IMG/VR virus record: IMGVR_UViG_3300043496_000020
Span: 1-40,310 of that record
Direction: 5' to 3' (one strand)
Source: a virus
DNA length: 40,310 nt
The notes below the pieces were generated by a model, which saw nothing but the letters and a program-made list of their open reading frames with translations, was not told the origin of the DNA and did no database searches. Numbering within the stretch: the first letter of the stretch is position 1; every line of letters begins with the position of its first letter. A program made the translations under genes and the position numbers. Positions 26,036-33,888 of the stretch are shown one piece after another.

Positions 26036-26040
26036 CAGGC

Positions 26041-26466
26041 ATGCTTTTGCACCTCACACTCCTGGGCCAGCCGGTCGCCAAGGGCCGCGTCCGTTTCGCG
26101 CGCAAGACCGGCCATGCCTTCACGCCTGAGCGCACCGTCAACTACGAAAGCAAGCTGGCGCTCCTGGCGCAGGACAAGATGGCGGGCCGAGCTCCGTTCG
26201 AAGGGCCACTGGCGGTCGATGTCGTCGCCCTGATGAAGATCCCCGAGAGCTGGTCGAAGCGGAAACAGGAGCAGGCACGCATCGGCGAACTGATGCCGAC
26301 CGGGCGCCCAGATCTCGACAACTACGCCAAGATCCTCGATGCGCTCAATCTGGTCTGCTGGGTCGACGACAGCCAGATCGTCGAGCTGCACGTCTACAAG
26401 CGCTTTGCCGACCAACCGCAATTCACTGTCACCATCAGCAGACCGGGGGGTGGCTTTTTCGATTGA
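26041..26466 (+). CDS. rusA: RusA-family Holliday junction resolvase
   Basis: LLGQPVAKGRVRF...GRPDLDNYAKILDALN...DDSQIVEL matches the RusA pattern (catalytic Asp cluster D-x-D-N and DD). Confidence 0.8.
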   Translation: MLLHLTLLGQPVAKGRVRFARKTGHAFTPERTVNYESKLALLAQDKMAGRAPFEGPLAVDVVALMKIPESWSKRKQEQARIGELMPTGRPDLDNYAKILDALNLVCWVDDSQIVELHVYKRFADQPQFTVTISRPGGGFFD

Positions 26467-26514
26467 ACAAGCGCACGCTGGCAACTCTCTTAGCTGTGAA
26501 AGAATGAGGATCTG

Positions 26515-27861
26515 ATGAAACTGAAGCCTTACGTGCACCAAATCGCTGGTGGGCAACACCTCGCCGCCCGCAAAGTCGCGGCCCTGTTCGACGATCCGCG
26601 CGTCGGCAAAACGCTCGCCACAATCCTCGCCCTCGACAAGATCTGCGCAAAGCGCGTCCTGGTCGTGACGACTGTCAGCGGCCGAGCCATCATCCGACAG
26701 GCGTTCGCCGACAACCAGACCATCCCCCGCAGAATCCAGATCATATCGCCCAAGGAAGCCGTCACCGGCGATCTGGTGATCGCGAGCTGGGCGGGCATCA
26801 ACAACGCCATGCTGCGCACCAAGCTGCTGGCACAGCGCTGGGAAGTGCTGGTGCTGGACGAAAGCCACTACGCCAAATCACCGACCGCAAAACGCACCCA
26901 GGCCGTTTACGGCGTGCTGCGCCTGGACGGCCACGGGCTCGACCAGACAAAGGCACTGACCGCCAGGGCAGACCGCACTTGGCTGCTGACCGGCACGCCG
27001 ATCCCGCACGACCTGTCGGATCTCTACCCGGCAATGCGGGCGCTGACGCCCGAGCTGCTGGCCGCTCACAACGGGATGCCCGACGTGATGACGCTGTCGC
27101 GCTTCATCGAGCGCTACTGCGTCCGCAAGCTGATCAAGCCGACGCCCAGGTTTTCGAAGTGGGTGGTGATCGGCGGCAAAAACGAGAGCGAGCTCAAGGC
27201 CCGTCTCAATGGCGGTCAGCGGTTCGCATTGCGCCGCACGCAGGAGCAGATCGGCATCCTCGAGCCACGGCACTCGTTGCGGCCGCTCATCGCCGACGAC
27301 GCCGACCAGATCCCCGAGGCCGGCATGAGCCGCGAAGAGATCGAGGAGATCCTGGCCAGCCAGCGTTACAGCGACAAGGGACTGGCGCGGCTGATGCATC
27401 TGCACGGCATCGTCAAGGCGCGTGCCGTCGCCGAGGCGGTGCATGAGGAGATCAATTGCGGGCTCGATCGCATCGTGCTCGGCTACTGGCACCGCGATGT
27501 CGGTGACATCCTGCGTTCCGAGCTCGCCGAGCACGGCGTCGTCGGCATCGACGGCGCCACGCCGTTCAACGATCGCGCCAGGGTGGTGCAGCAATTCTCC
27601 ACCCTGAGCGGGCCGAAAATCTTTCTCCAACAGATCGCCGCAGCCGGCGAGTCGATCGATCTCAGCGCCTCCCAGGTGCTTTGGTTCGTCGAGTCGATCT
27701 TCCAGCCTGGGGCGATGAAGCAAGCATCTGAGCGCGTCGTGAACCTGAACAACCGGCGCGCTCCGATCGTCGAAACCTGTTTCATTTCAGGCACCATCGA
27801 CGAGATCATCCAGGGCCGACTGATGTCGCTCTGGTCTGCAATCAACAAGGTCATCAAGTGA
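26515..27861 (+). CDS. SNF2/DEAH-box family helicase
   Basis: RBS gagga. Motif I is DDPRVGKT, motif II is VLDESH, and a C-terminal helicase motif reads QQIAAAGESIDL. Confidence 0.8.
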   Translation: MKLKPYVHQIAGGQHLAARKVAALFDDPRVGKTLATILALDKICAKRVLVVTTVSGRAIIRQAFADNQTIPRRIQIISPKEAVTGDLVIASWAGINNAMLRTKLLAQRWEVLVLDESHYAKSPTAKRTQAVYGVLRLDGHGLDQTKALTARADRTWLLTGTPIPHDLSDLYPAMRALTPELLAAHNGMPDVMTLSRFIERYCVRKLIKPTPRFSKWVVIGGKNESELKARLNGGQRFALRRTQEQIGILEPRHSLRPLIADDADQIPEAGMSREEIEEILASQRYSDKGLARLMHLHGIVKARAVAEAVHEEINCGLDRIVLGYWHRDVGDILRSELAEHGVVGIDGATPFNDRARVVQQFSTLSGPKIFLQQIAAAGESIDLSASQVLWFVESIFQPGAMKQASERVVNLNNRRAPIVETCFISGTIDEIIQGRLMSLWSAINKVIK

Positions 27862-27865
27862 GGAA

Positions 27866-28462
27866 ATGAGCATGCACAACAATGATAAGCCGTGGCCGAA
27901 TCTGGTCCTGCACCTGGAAGCTGCCTCGTTCGAGGAGCTGCGCATTGCCGCCTGCAATGTGCTGGATCTGCGCATCCAGAACGCCACCCAGGCGGCTCTG
28001 AAGGTCCAGGAGCTCGGCAATGAGCTGCCTCAGACCAAACCAGCTCCTGAGACCAACCAGCCCGACCCTGATGCCGACAACGGCAAGGATGTCGCCAACG
28101 AAGCGGCCGGCCCCGGCAACGTGGAGCCTGCACCGGCAAAAAAGACCCGTGCGCCGCGCAAGCCAAAGGACAAGGGCAACGGCGCCGAGCCGTCCGTCAT
28201 CGAGACGGCTGCCGCGATCGAGGCGTCGAGCGCCAAGGTGTCGCTGGAGACGGTGCGCTCGGCGTTCGACGTGTACGTCCAGAAGTTCGGCGTCGCGGCG
28301 GCTCAGATCGACGGCCCGATCATCCTGGGCCGGATCTACGGCCCCGCGATCGGCCGCATCAAGGACATCCCCGAGGACGACACCGGCAAGATGGGCCGCG
28401 TCATCGCCGCCGTGGAAGGGGCGATCCTGACCAACGAGTTCGGCCGCGAGGCGGTGCAGTGA
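27866..28462 (+). CDS. Hypothetical replication-module protein with a central Pro/Lys-rich linker (198 aa)
   Basis: Track ORF. An alternative ATG at 27872 has better spacing from the GAGG. Confidence 0.5.
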   Translation: MSMHNNDKPWPNLVLHLEAASFEELRIAACNVLDLRIQNATQAALKVQELGNELPQTKPAPETNQPDPDADNGKDVANEAAGPGNVEPAPAKKTRAPRKPKDKGNGAEPSVIETAAAIEASSAKVSLETVRSAFDVYVQKFGVAAAQIDGPIILGRIYGPAIGRIKDIPEDDTGKMGRVIAAVEGAILTNEFGREAVQ

Positions 28463-29709
28463 TGGCAGGGGGCAAAGCACACTCGGAATGGAGCGCGTCG
28501 GCATCGGCGCGCAACATGGCCTGCCCAGGCGCCCTGACGCTGATCAACTCTCGCAAGCTGCTCAGCGAGACATCGATCTTCGCCGCATGGGGAACGGTGA
28601 TGCACGACATCATCGAGCGGTCGCTGGCCAGCAAGAGCAACCCTGTCCGCTTTCTCGGCGCCGTCGTGAAGTGCGACGGCTACGACATCGAGGTCGACGA
28701 GGAGATGGTCGACGCGGCGACGGTCTGCGCCGACTATGTCACCTACATCGGCGCCCTACCGGGCGCCCAGACGTGGCTGGAAGAGCAGTTCGATCTCTCA
28801 CCGCTCGGGTTTCAGCTCCAGGCCGGCGGCACGTCAGACGCCGTCGTCTGGATGCCTGCCGATCGCACGCTCGAGATCGTCGACTACAAGGGCGGTCGCG
28901 GCAAGGTCGTCGAGATCCACGACAACACCCAGCTCCCGCACTATGGGCTGGGCGCCGTCCTGAAGCACCCTGAGCTGCCGGTGAAGACCGTCAAGATGAC
29001 GATCATCCAACCGCGCATCGAACACGCCGACGGCGCCATTCGCTCGATCGAGTGGCACGTCAGCGACCTGATCGACTTCGCCAACGATATCGCCAAAGCG
29101 ATCGATCGATCGGTGACGGCACTCGCCAACTTCCACGCCGGCGAGGTCGAGGCGTGGGGCGAGCAATGGCTCCACCCTGGCGACCATTGCCAGTTCTGTC
29201 CTGCCGCCGGTTCCTGCCCAGCCCTGCGCAAGCAGAGCCAGGAGATGGTCAATCTACACTGGAACGACGCCACGCCTGTCCTGACCTCCACGATGTCGCC
29301 AGACGCCGTCGAGCAGGATCTCGAGGTGCTGGATCTGATGGAGCACTGGATCTCTGAGCGGCGCGCCTACGCCCACCAGCTCGCCGAGGGCGGGCATCAG
29401 TTCGCTGGTTGGGTGCTGGTCGAAAAGAACGGGCATCGCAAGTGGAATGCTCCCGACAAGGAGACCGCCAAGGCGATCGTCACCGCGACCAAGCTCTCCG
29501 AGCTCGAGCTGTTCACCCAAAAACTGAAATCGCCCGCCCAGGTCGAGAAGACCCTGGGCAAGGCAAAGGAAAAGATCGCCGGCCTGTATCACACGCCCAT
29601 CATCGGGAAGGATCTGGTCCGACGTTCGAAGGCGGGGAGCCGCCAGCCAGCACAGTCGCTGGTTGATCAATTCTTCAATCTGGCAATCTCACAGGAGCCT
29701 GTAAAATGA
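28459..29709 (+). CDS. DUF2800-type PD-(D/E)XK nuclease with a Cas4-like Cys cluster
   Basis: N-terminal HSEWSASASARNMACPGAL, and central DAVVW...IVDYKGG (D...D/E-x-K), then C-terminal GDHCQFCPAAGSCPAL. Alternative ATG at 28462. Confidence 0.75.
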   Translation: MMAGGKAHSEWSASASARNMACPGALTLINSRKLLSETSIFAAWGTVMHDIIERSLASKSNPVRFLGAVVKCDGYDIEVDEEMVDAATVCADYVTYIGALPGAQTWLEEQFDLSPLGFQLQAGGTSDAVVWMPADRTLEIVDYKGGRGKVVEIHDNTQLPHYGLGAVLKHPELPVKTVKMTIIQPRIEHADGAIRSIEWHVSDLIDFANDIAKAIDRSVTALANFHAGEVEAWGEQWLHPGDHCQFCPAAGSCPALRKQSQEMVNLHWNDATPVLTSTMSPDAVEQDLEVLDLMEHWISERRAYAHQLAEGGHQFAGWVLVEKNGHRKWNAPDKETAKAIVTATKLSELELFTQKLKSPAQVEKTLGKAKEKIAGLYHTPIIGKDLVRRSKAGSRQPAQSLVDQFFNLAISQEPVK

Positions 29710-30320
29710 GCAAAACTGTAGCATCTGCGAAGTTCAAGACCCCGGTCTGCACCCTGGCGTTCGGGGGCGGCCTGTTCTCGGCCAAGTCCGTCGTCGAAGG
29801 CGGGCCGCGCAAGTACGGCTGCACGCTGATCTTCGACGATAAGATCGACAAGACGGCGTTCCAGAAGGCGGTGATGGAAGTCGCCTCTCAAGCCTGGGGC
29901 GACAAGTTCGAGGCACTGCGCAAGGCTGGCCACATCAAGATGCCGTTCCTGGCCGGCGACGGCCCCCAGGCACACAGCCGCACCACCGGCGAGCTGTGGG
30001 CCGGTTTCGGCCCCGGCAAGTTCTTCATCCGCCCTCAGTCGGGCGAAAAGAACCCGCCGGTCGTCCGCTATCTCGATCCGAACATCCCGGCCGATGAGAT
30101 CGAGGTCTACTCGGGCTGCACCGGCTGGGCGGTCCTGCATGCCTTCAATTGGTCGCACCCCACTGGCGGTCAGGGCATCTCGTTCGGCATCGACATGTTC
30201 AGGAAGACGGGTGACGGTGAGCGCCTGGGCGGCGGCGGCACGGTAGATCCCGAGAAGTGGTGGGATGGCGATCTGCCCAAGGCCGGCAACGGCGGCGCCG
30301 CGGCTGGTCTGTTCGACTGA
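29706..30320 (+). CDS. DUF2815-family (phage ssDNA-binding-like) protein
   Basis: ATGA-coupled directly after DUF2800, the conserved gene pair. The N-terminal FKTPVCTLAFGGGLF...KYGCTLIFD pattern also fits. Confidence 0.65.
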   Translation: MSKTVASAKFKTPVCTLAFGGGLFSAKSVVEGGPRKYGCTLIFDDKIDKTAFQKAVMEVASQAWGDKFEALRKAGHIKMPFLAGDGPQAHSRTTGELWAGFGPGKFFIRPQSGEKNPPVVRYLDPNIPADEIEVYSGCTGWAVLHAFNWSHPTGGQGISFGIDMFRKTGDGERLGGGGTVDPEKWWDGDLPKAGNGGAAAGLFD

Positions 30321-30844
30321 TGAGCAAGCGGCAGGGCGGCCGGCCCAAACAGGCAAACGACTTCTACCCAACGCCGTACAAGGCTGTCCTGCCGCTGATC
30401 CCGTTCCTGCGTCCCGGCTTGCGTTTCTTCGAGCCGTGCGCAGGGGCGGGGGATCTGATCAGCCATCTCGCGGCGCACCGAATACACTGCATCGGCGCCT
30501 GCGACATCGAGCCTCGCGCCGACTTCATCGTGAGGCTCAACTGCCTGGACCTCCACTGGGTCAAGGCAGAGGCGTTCGTCACCAACCCACCACACACGCA
30601 CGAATGGCTGGCGCCGATCATCGAGAAGCTGCGCGTGATGCGGCCGACGTGGCTACTGCTGCCGCTCGACTGGTTTGCCACCCAGCAGGCGGCGCCGTTT
30701 CTCGCCTACTGCACCGACATCGTGGTGATCGGGCGCATGAAGATGGACATCCCCGGCAGCTACACCGACGGCTTCGACAATTTCGCCTGGGCGCGCTTCC
30801 AGAAGGAGCCGGCCGGGCAGACGCAGTTTCACGGGAAACGCTGA
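30320..30844 (+). CDS. Minimal gamma-class N6-adenine DNA methyltransferase (174 aa) with the motif IV variant NPPH
   Basis: FYPTP (motif X), EPCAGAGDL (motif I) and FVTNPPH (motif IV). This is an internal ATG in track ORF 30257..30844. Confidence 0.65.
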   Translation: MSKRQGGRPKQANDFYPTPYKAVLPLIPFLRPGLRFFEPCAGAGDLISHLAAHRIHCIGACDIEPRADFIVRLNCLDLHWVKAEAFVTNPPHTHEWLAPIIEKLRVMRPTWLLLPLDWFATQQAAPFLAYCTDIVVIGRMKMDIPGSYTDGFDNFAWARFQKEPAGQTQFHGKR

Positions 30845-31197
30845 TGGCAAGCAAAGCAAAACCGCCCAGGTTACCCCGCGCCCTGCTCGATGAGCTCGAG
30901 GGCCTGCCGTGGGCGCTACAGCACGGCAAGAAGCACTGGCAATTGCGCATCGGCGGCGAGCTGATCGCAATCTACCCGATGGGCAAAACGCGCGAGCCTA
31001 TTTGGGATCACAACAGCGCGAGCATTCGACGAAGCATCAGACAATGGAGCAAACGACATGACGAACGAACCAGACAACCTGAGGCAAGCAATGGAGCGGG
31101 CGGCGCAGGCCATCCCGGCTCAGATGGCAGCGGAATCGAACGTGGCGGCACCGCCAGAGGGCAGGGACGGGCAGAGGCTCATCGAGGCAGCCGATAG
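30844..31197 (+). CDS. Hypothetical protein; the last ~46 codons overlap the next gene out of frame
   Basis: TGATG coupling. Product is MASKAKPPRLPRALLDELEGLPWALQHGKKHWQLRIGGELIAIYPMG.... Third-position GC falls after about 31058. Confidence 0.45.
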   Translation: MASKAKPPRLPRALLDELEGLPWALQHGKKHWQLRIGGELIAIYPMGKTREPIWDHNSASIRRSIRQWSKRHDERTRQPEASNGAGGAGHPGSDGSGIERGGTARGQGRAEAHRGSR

Positions 31198-31408
31198 GCT
31201 GCTTCGCGTCCAGCAGGCTCGCCTGACAACAGCCAGGGGTGACCATGAACGCATGCGGGCCGATCGCATCGCTTGGTATCGCAGCGAGATGCAGCAATTG
31301 GCCGACGCGGCCGAGCATGAGCTGGTGCTGTTGGACCAGTCGCACGATGAGGCGTGCAGGCAGATCAACAAGATGATCGGCAAGCTCAAGGCATTGAGGG
31401 CTGCGTGA
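31058..31408 (+). CDS. Coiled-coil protein (116 aa)
   Basis: GGAG lies 8 nt before ATG 31058; high third-position GC. Confidence 0.6.
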   Translation: MTNEPDNLRQAMERAAQAIPAQMAAESNVAAPPEGRDGQRLIEAADRLLRVQQARLTTARGDHERMRADRIAWYRSEMQQLADAAEHELVLLDQSHDEACRQINKMIGKLKALRAA

Positions 31409-31695
31409 TGGATGTATGGGAGCAAATGATCGTGGCCCGCCGCTCGGACAGCCCAGAGGATCGTGCTCGCGTCTTTGGCAAGCTGTTGCCTCACATCATG
31501 GAGTTCCACGACGCCCACAGGGGCCAGGAATTCCATGCCGACGATCTCTACCAGTTCGTGATCGATCGCGAGCCCTGGTGCGCGCCTGAAAGCCCTGGCC
31601 GTTGCCTGCGCTTGGCACGGCAGAGGGGCTTCCTCAACTACATCGTCATCGATCGCAACAACTCGCTTTTCCAGTTTCTGGAGCAGGACGACTGA
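31408..31695 (+). CDS. Small protein, possible winged-helix DNA-binding protein (95 aa)
   Basis: GTGATG junction. The C-terminal region reads SPGRCLRLARQRGFLNYIVIDRNNSLFQF. Confidence 0.5.
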   Translation: MDVWEQMIVARRSDSPEDRARVFGKLLPHIMEFHDAHRGQEFHADDLYQFVIDREPWCAPESPGRCLRLARQRGFLNYIVIDRNNSLFQFLEQDD

Positions 31696-33791
31696 TGAGC
31701 AAGGTGCTGTCGATCGACTTCGAATCGAGATCCGCTGTCGATCTCAAGCACCAAGGCGCGCATGTCTATTGGGAGCACAGTTCGACCATCCCACTGTGCG
31801 CCGCCTGGGCGATCGACGACGGCCCGGTCAGCATTTGGGTGCCTGGGGAGAAACCTCCCCAGGCACTTGCCCACCACATCAGCAGCGGCGGCACTGTCAG
31901 CGGCTGGAACGTCGGTTTCGAAAAACTCTGTTTCGAGCATTGGATGCACCCCGAGTTCGGATGGCCGATGCCGGCCGACGAGCAGTTCGAGGACACGATG
32001 GCGATGGCTGCCGCGATGAGCCTTCCAAGAGGGCTGGACGAAGCCGCGGAGGCGATCGGCCTGGAGCACCGCAAGGACCATGAGGGCGCCTTGCTGATGC
32101 GCAAGCTGTCCAAGGCCGGCGGCTCCAACGATCCTGCCCTGCTCGAGCGCCTGTATGCCTATTGCCGCCAGGACGTTGTCGTGGAACGGGCGATGCGCAA
32201 GACATTGCTGCCGCTCTCGGAGCGCGAGCGCCGGCTCTACCTTCTTGACTCTAAAATCAACGCCCGCGGCGTGCTGCTCGATCTCGATCTGGTCGACGCC
32301 ATGCAGCGGATCGCCGACAGCGAGAAGACCCGCCTCGATGCGGCACTCGCTGTTGCCACTGGCGGTCAGGTCACCGCCGTCGGCCAATCGGTCAGGCTGT
32401 CGGCGTGGCTGACCGCCAATGGCATGTCGACGGACACGGTGGCGAAGCACGCCATCAACGACATGCTCGAGCGCGATCTGCCACCGAACGTGCGGCATGC
32501 GCTCGAGATCCGCCAGGAGGCGGCCAAGAGCTCCGTCGCCAAGCTGAAAGCCGCCGAGCTGTGCGTCTGCGCCGACGGTCGAGCTCGCGGCCTGCTCCAG
32601 TTTCTGGGCGCCGACAGCGGACGTTGGGCTGGGCGCCTGCTCCAGCCCCAGAATTTCCCCAGGCCGAGCGGCCTGATGAAGAACCCCGAGGCGGCGATCC
32701 CCTGGTTGATGAGCGGCGACGCCGAGGCGATCGAGTTCCGCTATGGATGGCCGCTGCGCGCGGTCGCCGACAGCCTGCGATCGATCATAGTTGCAGGCCC
32801 AGGCTGCAATTTCGTCGCCGCCGACTTCAGCTCGATCGAATCCAGGCTGCTGGCATGGTGCGCCGACGAGCGTTGGAAGCTCGCCGCCTATCGCGCCCAG
32901 GACGCCGGCAAAGGCCCTGGCATCTACGAGATCAACGCCGCCCAGATCTTTGGCGTGCCGGTCGAGACGATCGAGGACGGCGGCACCGAGCGACAGGTCG
33001 GCAAGGTCGCCGAGCTCAGCATGGGTTATGCCGGTGGCGTCACCGCATTGATGAAGATGGCGCGCAACTACAACGCCAAGATGGCTGTCGCCCTGCCCGC
33101 CCTCCTCGCCGCATCTCCAATGGAACGAATCGAGCGGGCAGAGCGCCGCCACGCGGACTGCGCCAAGCGCCGCGACAGTAGCGCGGACATCCTGTCACGC
33201 GATACCTGGATGGCGTGCGAGCTCACCAAGCTCGGATGGCGCGCCTCCAACGCGGCCAGCACCGACTTCTGGTCACAGCTCGAGGCCGCGGCCCGCGGCG
33301 CCGTCGACCACCCAGGCACCCAGGTGGCGACCGACAACGGCAAGGTCACGTTCCTGCTGGCAAAGGGCGTGCTGTGGCAGCGTTTGCCGTCGGGCCGCGT
33401 CCTGGCGTGGCCAAACCCCAAGATCACGCTGCTCGAGGTTCCCTGGGCCGACAAGACCAAGCCGCCAGAGCAGCGCGAGCGGCGCCGCACGGTCACGGCA
33501 CTGCGCGTCGAAGGCAAGCGGCTGCTGAGACAGCCGCTCTATGGCGGCATCTTGTGCGCCTACACCATCCAGGGAACGGCCCGCGATCTGCTGGCCGACG
33601 CGATGCTACGGGTCGAAGCGGCCGGGTATCCCCTGGCGCTCACGATACACGACGAAGCCATCAGCGAGATCCCGCAAGGGCATGGTTCGCTCGCCGAGTT
33701 CACCGCGATCGTGGAAGCTGCCGAGCCGTGGGCCGCCGGTCTTCCAATTGTGGCCAAGGGCTACCGCTCGCAGCGTCTCAAGAAAGGCTGA
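31695..33791 (+). CDS. Family A DNA polymerase with a 3-prime to 5-prime exonuclease domain
   Basis: Exo I is SIDFESRS. Motif A is ADFSSIESRLLAW, motif B is RQVGKVAELSMGYAGG and motif C is TIHDEAI. This is an internal ATG in track ORF 31602..33791. Confidence 0.9.
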   Translation: MSKVLSIDFESRSAVDLKHQGAHVYWEHSSTIPLCAAWAIDDGPVSIWVPGEKPPQALAHHISSGGTVSGWNVGFEKLCFEHWMHPEFGWPMPADEQFEDTMAMAAAMSLPRGLDEAAEAIGLEHRKDHEGALLMRKLSKAGGSNDPALLERLYAYCRQDVVVERAMRKTLLPLSERERRLYLLDSKINARGVLLDLDLVDAMQRIADSEKTRLDAALAVATGGQVTAVGQSVRLSAWLTANGMSTDTVAKHAINDMLERDLPPNVRHALEIRQEAAKSSVAKLKAAELCVCADGRARGLLQFLGADSGRWAGRLLQPQNFPRPSGLMKNPEAAIPWLMSGDAEAIEFRYGWPLRAVADSLRSIIVAGPGCNFVAADFSSIESRLLAWCADERWKLAAYRAQDAGKGPGIYEINAAQIFGVPVETIEDGGTERQVGKVAELSMGYAGGVTALMKMARNYNAKMAVALPALLAASPMERIERAERRHADCAKRRDSSADILSRDTWMACELTKLGWRASNAASTDFWSQLEAAARGAVDHPGTQVATDNGKVTFLLAKGVLWQRLPSGRVLAWPNPKITLLEVPWADKTKPPEQRERRRTVTALRVEGKRLLRQPLYGGILCAYTIQGTARDLLADAMLRVEAAGYPLALTIHDEAISEIPQGHGSLAEFTAIVEAAEPWAAGLPIVAKGYRSQRLKKG

Positions 33792-33814
33792 CACCAGCCA
33801 TCTCCGAGTAGAGA

Positions 33815-33856
33815 ATTGCCGGTTCCACCGGCGGGTGGTTTGATGGAACCGGCAAT
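33815..33856. repeat. Perfect 13-bp inverted repeat (attgccggttcca / tggaaccggcaat) with a 16-nt loop, between the polymerase and primase genes
   Basis: Seen in sequence. The loop contains a second small hairpin, ccacc-ggcg-ggtgg, followed by ttt. Confidence 0.6.
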
Positions 33857-33888
33857 GACGAAATCCCCAGACAAGGATCACTGACGCC

